Translations under genes and position numbers: made by a program
Assembly (NCBI RefSeq): GCF_009914755.1
Contig: NC_060934.1
DNA from: the human T2T-CHM13v2.0 reference genome, Homo sapiens
Direction: 5' to 3' (one strand)
Length of the DNA stretch: 64,000 nt
The notes under the pieces: model-generated
The model's input: the letters and a program-made list of their open reading frames with translations, nothing else
The model's database searches: none
Told to the model about the DNA's origin: nothing
Part shown: piece after piece, positions 43,379 through 58,400 of the stretch
Numbering within the stretch: the first letter of the stretch is position 1
Layout: every line of letters begins with the position of its first letter

Positions 43379-46307
43379 TGACTGACTAAATAAATGAATG
43401 AAATATTCGTGGAATGAATGAGCCAGGATTCCTCCCTGCTTTTCTCTCCTGATCTGATGGAGCATCTCTGTAGAACCTGAAGAATGTTCTGGAGCTAGAG
43501 TCACGCTCCTGCCACATGTCCTGGGTGCTCTTCAGTCAGGCCCTTAAGTGGTCCTGTGGGGAGGGAGGGGAGCAAGATCTGGTCCCTGCTCTTAGGAACC
43601 TCATTGTTCTGTGCAGCATGTTCAAACTGGAGGTCACGGGCAAAATCAGTGTAGTGCCCTGCAGTCAGCAATAACAAAAAGAAATAGGATAAGATAGATT
43701 AGAGGGCCGGGCGTGGTGGCTCACACCTGTAATCCCAGCACTTTGGGCAGCCGAGGCAGGTGGATCACCTGAGGTCAGGAGTTTGAGACCAGACTGGCCA
43801 ACATGGTTAAACCCTGTCTCTACTAAAAATACAAAAATTATCTGGGCGTGGTGGCGGGCGCCTGTAATTCTAACTACTCGGGAGGCTGAGGCAGGAGAAT
43901 TGCTTGAATCCAGGAGGCGGAGGCAGCAGTGAGCCGAGATTGTACCACCACCACTGCACTCCAGCCTGAGACTCTGTCCAAGGAAGGAAGGAAGGAAGCA
44001 GGATGCATCCAATGCAGTAAGGCTAAGCATTTTTTTGTGAATAACACACATTCACATATCTGTGTAGCTGGCCCTGGTGTAAAATGTATTTCTTACTTTG
44101 GGTCTTGATAAAAAAAAGGTTTGAACCTTGTGTATGAATTTGGGAGTCGGGGGACGTAATCCTTAGGCTTAGACCCAAAGAAGGATATAATCAATAAAAT
44201 GAATAATCCTGCCCATAATATGATGCCGATAACTGAACATGTATCCTGCGCCAGATGGGGATGCTCAGGTCCCAGGGCCTGGCAGGGAAGGGAGGGGAAG
44301 GATTCCAGAGTGGACAGAGATCCCATGGGCAGATAGGGGAGGAGTCCAAGGCAAATTGCCTGGAGGAGGAACCTGAACTCAGCCTCCAAACACCCCTCTG
44401 CCCTGGCAGGTTCAGGGCTAGGTCATGGTGTGAGCTTGGGTGGCAACAGTAATGACAGGAACAGCAGTCATCAGTAAGTACTTGCTGAGTGCCAAGCACC
44501 TTTTATCCTCCAGACTTTCCCAGGAAGCAAGAACTGCTCTTTGCATCATTTTACAAATGAGGAGACTTGGAGCAATGTGGTAACTTGTAGCATAGGGGTC
44601 ACATGGTGGTAAAGTTGCTGTGGCTAGATCCAAGCCCAGGTCTGCCCTGCTTAAAGCCCTTGTCTTTAGGATTGCACACAGAAGGGGGCTGAAAAAGTGG
44701 GAGTGCTGGATGCTGGAGATGGGGCAGTGGGCCTGGAAGGGCGGATGGCCAGGGCAGACAGGGGATCCGTCTGTGTTGGGATTCAGGCGTCACGGATGAG
44801 TTTGCCTGAGGCTCAGAGACCACTGGGCTCAGGGCGAAATCACAGGCCCCAAGACTCCCACCCTGAAGGGTGCACATGATCCCTGTTCTTGGCAGTAAGG
44901 TGGTCACAAGGAGCAAGGCCAGCCCATGTCCTGATGTTGTCCACTCCTCAGGTCCAGTGTCCCTCAGCTGTGGCAGATGTCAGGGGAGTGGGGAGTAGAG
45001 AAGAGCAGCAAGGGCCTGTTTCCCATCTTTGATCAAGATTCATCTTTGCTGGTTTGAACCCAGCTCCTCTGCTTTCCAGCGAGTCATTTGTGCCTGTCAG
45101 GAAATCATTTTTGGCTTGAGTGTTCCCTGGAGGGAATCTGGGGTTCCCACAGCTCATGTTTTTGCCCAGGAACTGAACTTGGGAGCTCTCTCCCAAGAGC
45201 ACCAGCACCTTGCTTGGGCTGATGGGGCAGTGGATGGCCACAGGCGAGTCTGTCGGGGCGTGAGTAACAGGTTACTCATATTCTTTGCAGCAGCAGCTTG
45301 TCTGGTTTTGGACGGTTGCAGGTGCTTTGTGTGTGTGCTACACGTACACACACATACACACATGCTCACTTATAAAGCCACACTCACTCCCACTAGACAC
45401 TTGCACAAACATGGATCCCTGCAAATATGAGTTCACGCACGAGCAATACAAGCATGATAACATGGTGTCTTGGACGTTTGTGTGTGGGGGATGTGGGTGC
45501 TGGCAGTGCTGGTGGAGTGCTGGGTGAGTGGGGGTCAGTCCCGACCTCTCTCCTTCCTGAGATCCTGTTCTGGGACCCATGAATCTTTTCTCAGGGGATT
45601 TTGGGCTTCTGCTCTGAGCTTCCAGATTTCTCAGGAATCTTCTGCTGCAGTTTGAGAGGCTCAAATGGGCTCAACTGAGAGCTGGCTCGACTGATTCTTT
45701 CGTTCTGCCTGGGGCTGGGGAGAGAGCAGGATGCCTTCTCTTGGGTGTACCCAGGGCTGCTCTGTGGCCTTCTCTCCTTCAACATTCAGTCCTTGTTCCC
45801 CTCCCAGGCCCACGGTGGGGCAGATCTGACTGAATCTTTCTTGTGGTTGGGACTTTTCTAGCCCCATAGCCAGCAGACAGCCAGGGCTGCAGGACTCGCT
45901 ATTCTGAGTAGGGACTTGGCAGGCCCTCTGGGGGGCTGGTGGTGGGCTGGTGAGGCTGGGCACTGTGGTTTGGATGCAGTCTGTGGCCTGACCCTGAGGA
46001 ACCTCCAAGCCCTCAGCCCCCTACCTACCAGCTGAACCCTGAGGCTAACTGTTAGATCCAGAAGGGTTGTGACTGCAGGCTGTCCTGAGAACATCTTTGT
46101 CCTGGGCTTTTCTGCTTGGTTCAACAAGAACACCTACTGTGTGTGTGGTGAGTACAAATGAATGTATGGAGACGTGCCAGGCACTGTGCTGTGGGCCAAA
46201 AGACAGGTCAGGCACAGGTAGGACATAGCTTTTGTTCTCTGGGAGCTAGAGAGGCACACCGCCGTGGATCCCAGCATCTGCTGGGCAGGGAGGGTGAGGG
46301 GAAGCAA

Positions 46308-46505
46308 AGTGTGTGTATTTGTATGTGTGTATGTGCATATGTGTATGTGCTATGTTTCTGTATGTATATATGTGTGCATGCATCCCTATAGGTATGCATG
46401 TTTATGTATATATTTGTATACATATATGTGCATGTATGTGTATACATGTGTGCATACACATGCACATGTATGTAAATGTATATTTTGCACCTGCTCACAC
46501 ACATG
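46308..46505. repeat. Degenerate alternating purine-pyrimidine tract (TGTA/TGCA/TATG)
   Basis: Direct read. Confidence 0.85.
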
Positions 46506-47279
46506 TTGCTCCTACCTTAGTCCTGGCCTAGAAGAGGACATTATCCTGGAATGCATCCTCAGGATGGCAGGCTTCAGCTGGGGAGTCTGACAGCTGGTGG
46601 GATGGGATATGGGGCTGTGGCAAGAGGAAGAAGGAAGGAAACTGTGGCCCAGGATGGAGTCCTAAAGTGTGCCACACACGATGCCTGGACATTACTTGCC
46701 CAGCTCACTGGCTTCTCAAATACCTCTTTGAAGGAGGATGAAGCCATCTTATGGATGTAGAAGTTGGGAATCTGAGAACTTACGTCACTTTTCCCAGACC
46801 ACACAGCCAGTAAATTGTGAGCCACTTTGAGCCTAGCTCTGCTGAACTCTGAAGGTCAGGTCTGTTTCCCAAGGCCACTATGGGATTTTCTCTGCTGCTG
46901 TCCTTTTCACACACCTTGGGTGGCGCAGGAGCAGGTATGGAGCTGAGGACAAGTCTTCCCTGGGCCTGTTTCCTCATTTGTTAAAATAGGGATCAGAAAA
47001 GTACCGACCTTATAACTTAGCGAGGCACTTAAGAGCTAGGTGCTAGGGACATGGTGAGACCACCACAATGAGTGATTTCTCTTGTCTTCAGTTATTCTTA
47101 GGGGTCATGGGGAATGTGTTCCCCTCTCCCAGCCCAGCGCTCTCCAGCCTGACAGAGGTGGGGCCTACACTGCCTGCATCCTGGGGCAACCCCAGCTCGC
47201 CGAAATCCAGCTCCAGTCCTGAATGGGGGTGAGGCAGGTGGTAACAGGTGAGAAAAAAGGATTTCCCGAGTGTGGAGCA

Positions 47280-48560
47280 GCGAGAGGGAGGAAGTGACTC
47301 ACCAACCACAACAAAGCCTATCTCTCCGCGAGGAAGCACAGCGAAGAGTGAACGCACGCACGTGGGTGCGTTCACCCACGTGCTCGCGGGGGCGTGCGGG
47401 GCCGTCGGAGTGGGCCGGGCTGGCTGCCGCCTAGTGCTAGTCCGCGCGTGTGGGGTGAGGAGTGGTGGGGGGGGCAGGCCTATGGTGCGGGTCACTGCCT
47501 GGAGCCGCATGATGGGTGGGGGCGGAGGGACCCCTCTCCATCCAAAGCTCTGCTCTGCTGTTCCCCTCTCACCTCTGGGGGCCGAGGGGCGCGTTTCCTT
47601 AGGACCCCGGGGCGTGGGAGAAGCCCCTGCTTGGGGGGACCGTCTGCTGTTTAGGGGCTCCCCTTCGACACGTGGGAGGCAAAAGTGCAGAGCGCACCAT
47701 CATCCAGCTCCGGCCGCACTGCACAGCGAGGCCGGCCCGGAGCCCGGATGCTGGGCTCGGTCCCGCCGAGGCTCGGCCTGGCTGTAAAGCAGAGGGGGGC
47801 GAGGGAAGCCGGGCCAGCGGGTGTCGCGGGTAGCCGGCGTCCGGGACGGGGTGTGGCGCCCAGAGCGCTGCTGCCTCTCGCAGCCAGGAGGCTGGATGTC
47901 GGGTTTGGGTGTCTTCCAGAAGGAGCCGCACTAGCGACGAGGGAAGAGGAACTGGCTTCCCGGGCAGTCTCCCCCGCCCCAAACTTTTCCTCCTCGCGGA
48001 GGGTGGGCGGGCGGAGGGAGGAAGCGCAGCCGGGGAACGTGGCGCCCGCGTTCCTCCCGCCCGGGGGCTGCGGCTGGGCTGAGTGTGTCTTTAAATCTGA
48101 GCCCCCCGCCCCTCGCGGTGGGGCCGGGACTCGCGGTCCGGGCGGGGGCGGGCGCGGTGATTGGCGGCCGGGTCGGGTCCGCCCCTCGGCGTTGGGTAGC
48201 GGGGCGCTGGGGAGCAGCGCGGCGCGCACGGGCCGGGGCGCGCAGGTCCCGTCGCCGGTGAGCACGGGCTCCCTCTCGCGTGGCCTCGCCGGGTCCGCCT
48301 GGCCTGCCCACCTCCGGAGCCACCTCTGCCCCCGCATGGGCTGGCGAAGTTGGGAGGAGCGAGCTGGAGCCAGAGCGCGCGCCGGGCGCGCCCCGTCGCT
48401 GCCTGACTCGGCGCCCGCAGTTCGGGCTCAGCACGCCGGCCGCAGGAGCACGGATGCCCCCCGGAGCCGCGGGCTGGCAGGTACCGAAGTGTCCTGCCCT
48501 GGGGCTGGCGAGGGGAGGGCAAATCTGGAATCCCCCGGGCACCCCCCAGCCCGAGGCTGC
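47280..48560 (+). promoter_or_regulatory. PALD1: CpG-island promoter of the plus-strand neighbour (PALD1 by synteny)
   Basis: Strong CpG island; GC boxes 48103-48153; inverted CCAAT (ATTGG 48160-48164); E-boxes 47359 and 47377. Gene name comes from the known order NODAL-PALD1, not from coding sequence. Confidence 0.75.
48188..48480 (+). other. PALD1: Non-coding first exon (PALD1 exon 1); intron 1 runs off the right edge
   Basis: Donor CAG|GTACCG at 48480/48481 near the 3' edge of the island; start approximate; no PALD1 coding exon recognised in the window. Confidence 0.6.
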
Positions 48561-51500
48561 TCCAGACACCAACTCCCCATCCTTTGGAGAGGTGAGGTCC
48601 TGGGCCTTCACCCCACACCCGCTCAGGATTGGTCCCTGGGAGGCAAGAGGGACTCACAGGGAGCAGTTGCTGGGTGGTTGTGTGTGTTGGACCCTGGGCT
48701 ACCCCCTCTCCCGAGTTCCCTGGGTTTGGTGTAGGCATGGCCTGGTGACAATTCCACTTTTCATTGCCAGACCTGGGAGCATGGCCAGGAGCTAGGGTTC
48801 CCCGCGAAGTTAGGGGGAGATTGGGGAGAGGGAAGCCGCTTCATGACCGAGATGGGGTCCTGGGACTCATCTCTAGGGGGCGTGAGTCCCTCAGACCCAG
48901 GACGAGTCCAGAAGTCTCAGCGGGCACAGGCTTTGATTCTTGGCCCAGTCTGGCCCTCTTCCTCTGTAGGCCCGGGTCTCCAAGGAGAGTACGTTTTTCA
49001 GTTTCAGAGGGTTTTCCTGAAGGGGCAGTAACCTGTCAGAGAGAGAGTGGCCTATGGGAGACCCGGCTCCTGAAGGTGGCCGGGATGGTTGGAGCCCTTT
49101 CTCTTGGGTTGTCAGAGATGGGAGTAAAGCTTCATGGCCCAGGGAATCTTCTGGGCATCTCTACTCTCCCAGCCAGAGGCCCAGGAACCAACTCCTTGGC
49201 TTCTGGGTAGAGTAACCTGAACCCAGTGGCCGAGCACCTCTTAAATGCCAGGAAGGGCACTGGGCCGTGCCCCTGGAATGTGTGGATGGAGGAGGATTTG
49301 GAGGATTCTGTCCTCAGGAGGCTCAGCCCCTGGGGGCAAGACAGGACATAAACACACAAAGTTCCCCGATACAGGGTTTCAATACCAGTCCTGAACTGGT
49401 AATAGTGGAAAGCCAAGAGGCTACACACCATTAATTGCTATGTGAGTAATGTAGGCTGCGAGAGTGCCAGGGCAGCAGAGATCCAGTTCCATGCAAGCAA
49501 GCAAATGTGCTGAAATGTTCCAGCTCCATGCCCGCCCTTCCTTATTACCTTGCTCCAAGGGCAGGGAGCAGCAGGGGCGCTGAGGAGGTTCTCCTGCACT
49601 CATCCCCACCCACTCCCAGGTTTGTTTGTTTCCTGCTGGTGGATTTCTGAAATAACCCATTTGGTTTCTTGGCTTGGGCTGAGCACAGGACACTCCTAGT
49701 TGCCCTGTGGCTCCTGGGGTTTGGGGTCTAGAGCCAGCCTTGTAGGAGGTTCAGAGGTAAGCAGGAGGAAGTCCTCACTTCCTTTCTGAAGAGCCTCTGT
49801 CGCGGGGGGTTGGGGTAGGTCGGGAGGCTGGCAGGCACTGGGCCAGTTTCCTATGAGTGCAGACAGACCCCAGGTGGTGCATGCACCCCCCTCCCTTTCC
49901 TGGCCAGTGTTGGGGGTGGGCACAGTAGGGCCCAGGTGGCTTGAGGTGGGTGGTTCCTGGCACAGCTCTGACCTCACTTCTGTGAGGCTCTGCTGTATCT
50001 GGGGCCCTGCCCCCTCCCTCATTGTCCCTGGCAGGTTTCTGTTTTTCTGGAGCACTTCGTGGAGGTGGCAGTGTGCTCATGCTCGTGGCCTTGGGTGCAG
50101 TTCTGGGAGTGGGAGTTGCTGAGCTCACCCGAAGCCCTTGGCTGGCACTGTGAGAACTTGTGTGAACACACTTGCCTGCCTCCAAACAGGTGGTGCACAG
50201 ACCTGGGTTACCCAGGCACCTGTGGGGGATGCCCCGTGTGGGCAGAGACGTGAGTGCGTGTGTGTGCTCAGGTTTACATCTGTGTGGGCAGAGACGTAGA
50301 GGAGCTGGATACATATATACTTGAGGACAGACACAGGAGGATGGTGGGGGTGAGCAAACAACCCAGGGACACAGACATGTGCGGGGACAGACATACATGA
50401 ACCCATCAGCGTGGGCCACGTATGGGCTGCAGACACGTACATAGAAATACACCATTGCTGGGATCTGAATCTCCCCACATGGGAGGCAGACATGTAAGTG
50501 GACAGACATATAGGTAGACCCAGCAGAGCACAGACGGGGATGGGAACCGACATTCCCAGACAAAAGACTCGGAGCCACAGGGAAGCCGCTCAAGTGCCTG
50601 GGCAGAATGGAGTTGGCTGTGAGCTCCTGGGGGGCACAGACACATATGCTTGCCAGAGCCAGCGGACAGCAGAGGCCAGGAACCAGACACAGGTGGGTTC
50701 TGAGAGGTAGGCCGAGGCGTGCATTGCCTGGTTATCACTGTTTCCCTGCGTGGCACAGTGCCCGGAAGTTGTCCTGTTTGGGGTGGTGATGGTACAGGTG
50801 CTCTGTGGTGGAGCTTATTTCTAGACTCTCACTTTGGGGTTTGAGGACCCCAAAAAGCTCAGTCTCCTGTGTTTTACTCAGAGTCATTTGGCCTCTCCAC
50901 CTCTGCATTACAAGGCTGTGTTTGTGCCTTAAGTGCCAGCAGGTGCTCTTTGAATTTTGATTCTCATCTTCCCTGGATCTCCAGAGGCTTCCTGAAGTGA
51001 GGCTGTGTGGCCTGGGTAGGGTGCTCCAACTGTTCCTTTCCTACCAGAATAGGAGAGGAACTGCCTGGGGATTCTCCTTCTGAACCCAAGCCTGCGGGTC
51101 TTTGACAGGGATCCCCCAGGTGAGAGAGAGAGCACACATGTAGCTGCGTCTGTGATGAGAGCCACTGCCCTCTGGGGCGGGCTCCTTCTCTGCTAAGCCG
51201 TGGGCTTGCACAGGGAAGGGGTCCCCCACCTGGCTATGCTCAGGTCTCCTCTGCCCAACCTGGCACCTGAGAGACAGCCCAGATTCTAGATATGCTTTGA
51301 TACTAATGCACCATGCAACCTCCAGCAAGTCAATTAATGTATTGGTTTCCTCATCTTTAGAGTGGGGTCAGTAACCTCTACCTCCTTGTGGGTTCAGTGG
51401 GAGAAAATCAGTGCAAAGCATGTGGCCCAGTGCATGGCATGGAGTGAGTGCTCAGTTGATGTGGCGGTGGGGGCCTTTGATTATGAGCCATCCCCTGTGG

Positions 51501-53264
51501 CCAGGACTCTGCAGGGCTTCCTCAGCAGCCAGGTGCATGGCCCTGGGCCTCTGGGTGAGGTCTGGAGCAGGCTGGGTGGGCCAGGCACCTCTCCTGTGAA
51601 AGCTGGAGGGCTTTGTCCTCAGTCGGTGCCCACTAGTCCCTCCTTAGCCCTGTGGGACCTCCATACACGGGGTCAGGAAATGGCAGGCTGGGCGGGCGTA
51701 TGGAAGCTTGGGCCTGCTGACTGCTGGGCCTCTGGGAGGGGAGCCAGTGTTTGCTAAGAATAGTCCCAAATCATGGCTTTCGTTTCCCAGAGGGCAGCCC
51801 AGCCATGTGCTGCCCCTGTCTTGGGCCAAGGCACTTGCAGATGGACTTTTTATGTTTCCTGTAACTGGTGCTCAGCACAGGATTGAGCCTGGGAGCAGCA
51901 GGCTTAGTCTGGGAGGAGGCTCTGTTTGTCTTCCGAGGCCTTTGGCTGGGACCCGGGGAAAGAGAAGGTCTGGAAGCACTGGCCTTTATAATCCCTGAGT
52001 TCCTTTTCCACTCAGGGCTTTTCCTGACACATCTGCCTCGACCATCTTCCTACCTGCAAATAGACCTGTTGTGATTAAGAACACTGGCTCTGGAAAGAAA
52101 CTACCAGGGTCTGAATTTCTGCTCCCTCCCTCATTAGCCATGTGGCCCAGGGCAAGAAACTTAACCTCTCTGTGCCTCAAGTCCCTTGTGTAACAGGGTT
52201 AAGGATAGCAACTCCCTTATGAGAATGTCACAAGGATGAAAGGAGGTAATCGCAGAGAGCCTCCGAGGCTGTCTGGCTCCTAGGAAGTACTCAGTAAACA
52301 TTAGGTGCTTATGTTATTACCATGATGTTATTCTCTCAGCAGAGGCCAGGATGCTTGCACAGGACCAGTTGGTGGGAAGGGACCAGCGTGGCATCTTGAT
52401 GTGGGTTCCTGAGCTTTCTTGGCCCTGGGTTCAGTATGAGGTGCAGGGGCTCCGAAGGTAGATTAAACTCTGTCCCTGCCAGGAGGTGAGTGAGGTACAT
52501 GCAGACACCATGTCTGGTTCTGTGATGGGGTCTGTGCTAGTTATGGTTGGAGCCTGAGAGGGGGAATGGCTGGCCTGGGGTGTGTGTGATACTTCACGTG
52601 GGCTTTGAGGGATGGCCAGGAGTTTGCAAAGGAGGAGGGCAAGGCTTCCCCAGCAGAAAGAGCAGCGTGGCAGAGGTGTGACAGCCCTTGTGAAGCGTTT
52701 TGTGTATTTCCCATAACTGGCATGTGGGCTGACTTTGGCTTTAAGGGGTGCCCCTGCCTGGGCTGAAGCTGGGGCACTGATGAGAGAGGCAGGTGGGGTG
52801 TCTGGGTCATCTGCACACCCATGGAAGGCAGTAGAGAACATCTTTGGGAACTGGGTGTGTCACTGCCAATGCTTTGGGCTCCCAGGGAGCTGGGGCTTTC
52901 AGAAATTCCCCAAGGAGAGAGGATGTGGTGCTGTGAGGGCTGTGGGTACCCTGGGAAACGGCCAACAGGCTGGGCTGGGGCCCATGGGAGGGGAGAGGGG
53001 TGGGTGCCCTGAGATGACCTGGGACCCTGCCAGCTTCTGCATCCTGCTGAGCCCCAGGCCCTTCCTCTCTGTGGGCTGTGCCGGCCTCTGTCTGGCCTTC
53101 CCAGAATGGAGGCCTGGGACGCTGGGACATTTTTCGAAGATTCTGTTTGGAAAGCACAGAAGGGACTTCTCCTCCCCTTTTCCTTTTCCTGGAATGGAGA
53201 ATCTCCTGAAGGAGTTAACCCCTTTCCTGCTGGTCACAGAGTGGCCCATGGATGTGTCCCCGGC

Positions 53265-55793
<2,529 letters not shown>

Positions 55794-55982
55794 TCATCCT
55801 GGGACCCCTGAGGTTGGTGCCAACCCCTGCACTTCCCAGGGACAGCCCTCTATCAGGGCCCCGGCACCCTGGTTGACAGGGCCTAGAAGACTTCATTAGC
55901 CAGTTGGGCACTGTGGCTCACACCTGTAATCCCAGCACTTTGGGAGGCCGGGGCAGGCGGATCACTTGAGGTCAGGAGTTCA

Positions 55983-56213
<231 letters not shown>

Positions 56214-56512
56214 TCATCAGCCTGATCTGAGTGGTGGTTTAGCTTTGCCTTGACCATCATCTGCCGGTGTGCTCCCTCCCTTCCTCCCGAGGCAGCCCTG
56301 TCTGCTGGAGCACAAGGACTTCTGGAGTCTCCTGCAGGGTTGCCCTGCTGGCTCAGCCCAAGGCCTGGTGGGAATCTGATTTCTGAATGCCCAAAGAGAA
56401 GGGCCCTCCCTAGAGACGAGCCCCAGAGTTGCCCTTTGGGGAGCCCTCTGGGGAGGTGTGGAGTAGTCTCTGCTCCAGGGGGCTCTGAGCTGGGCCCTAA
56501 GGCATCAGGTAA

Positions 56513-56761
<249 letters not shown>

Positions 56762-56914
56762 TAGCCAGGATGGTCTCGATCTCCTGACCTTGTGATCCGC
56801 CCGTCTTGGCCTCCCAAAGTGCTGGGATTACAGGCGTGAACCACCGCACCTGGCTGTGCCCAATTTTCTCACCTGCAGAATGGGCATGAACATTTCCCCC
56901 TGCCTATCTTCAAT

Positions 56915-57530
56915 GTTTTTTTTTTAAACTGAGGTGAAATCCATTTAAATAAAATAAACCATTTTAAAGCCCACAATTTAGAGGCATTTAGTATAGTCAC
57001 AATGTTGTACAACCACCACTTCTATCACATTCTAAAACATTTTATCACCCTAAAGGAAAACTCCACCTATTAAGCAGTTACTCACCATTCCCTTCTCCAC
57101 CACAGTACTTTTTTTCTTTAAAAAAAAAAACAAAAAAACAAAAAACAGTTTTGTTGAGATATGTGCACCATAAAATACACCTGCGTGAAGTGTGCACTTT
57201 GGTGAATGTCGGTAAAAGTCCTGGGCATGCAGCCAACTCCTAGACAAGTCTGACAACACTTTCCATCACCTAGAAGGGCCCTATGCTCCCTTGTAGCCGG
57301 TCACCACTCCCACCTTGGGCCCAGGCCCACTCATCTACTTTCTGTCACTATGATTTTGTTTTTTCTGGATTTTTCACATACGTGGACTCATATAACAGGT
57401 AGCTTTTAGTGACTGGCTTCTTTACTCAACATGATGTTTTTTGAGATTCATCTCTGTTATTGGATGATTTAATCAGTTCCATTCCTTTTTTATTGGTGAG
57501 TAGTATTCCAATGTGTGGGATATGTTAAAA
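56915..57530 (-). mobile_element. Old L1M 3'-end fragments (similar pieces at about 33370-33630, 35615-36090, 59080-59335)
   Basis: Typical antisense L1 3'UTR blocks (gcatttagtatagtcacaatgttgtacaacc; tttttgagattcatc; tagtattcca). Confidence 0.75.
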
Positions 57531-58275
57531 ATAGTTTAAAATTTCTCTCTCTTTTTTTTTTTAAGAAGGGCCTCTTTCCTGTTGCCCAGGCTGCAGTGAA
57601 GTGGCTCAGGGTCGACTCACTGCAGCCTTAACTTCTGGCCTCAAATGATCCTCCCACCTCAGCCTTCTGAGTAGTTGGGACTACAGGTGTGCACCACCAT
57701 GCCCGGCTAATTTTTGTATTTTTAGTAGAGACGGGGTTTTGCCCTGTTGCCCAGGCTGGTCTTGAACTCCTGGACTGAAGTGATCTGCCTGCCTCAGCCT
57801 CCTAAAGTGCTGGGATTACAGGCGTAAGCCACCATGCCTGGCCTAAAATAATCTTCACAAAATATTCAAGTAGTAGCTTCATAGAAAGTAAAATGTCAAA
57901 GTCCCCTTTCCCCTCCTTCCCCTCTCTCTGGTCCCCGTAGGTAACACTGTCAGCAGTGTGCTGAGTATCCTTTGGTCTTTTTTCTGTACCTCTACATGAA
58001 TTTGTGTGGTTTTTTATTTTTGGGGTGTAAATGAGCTCAAACTCGGTCCATGGCTGTGGGGCCTGCTTTCATCCGGCCATGTATCATGCAGAGGGACCCC
58101 ACCACTGCCATGGGAGTTCTGAGCACATGCCCTGAGCTGGGGCTTGGCGAGGCTTTGGGAGAGATGGGAAGAAGTCTTCCTGGAGGTGGTTAATTTAGAG
58201 CAGGTTCTGGAGAAGAGTAGCATTGGATCAAAGGGGATCAGTCTGTCCAAAACAGCCTCTGTCGTGACCCGTCCC

Positions 58276-58400
58276 TGGGGTCTGGGTGGATGTATTCTGC
58301 TGCTGGGGGTCTGGGTGGATGTATCCTCCTGCTGCTGGGGGTCTGGGTGGATGTATCCTCCTACTGCTGGGGGTTCTGGGCGGATGTGTCCTTCTGCCGC
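58276..58400. repeat. 32-bp minisatellite, about 4 copies (GGGGGTCTGGGTGGATGTATCCTCCTGCTGCT)
   Basis: Units start at about 58276, 58305, 58337 and 58369. Confidence 0.9.

Noticed and set aside
47248-48795. 349-aa and other long overlapping ORFs
   Set aside because: CpG-island artefacts on both strands; none resembles paladin
49775-50593. 272-aa Cys/Pro-rich minus-strand ORF
   Set aside because: Derived from the CA/GA-biased low-complexity tract; no splice or domain support
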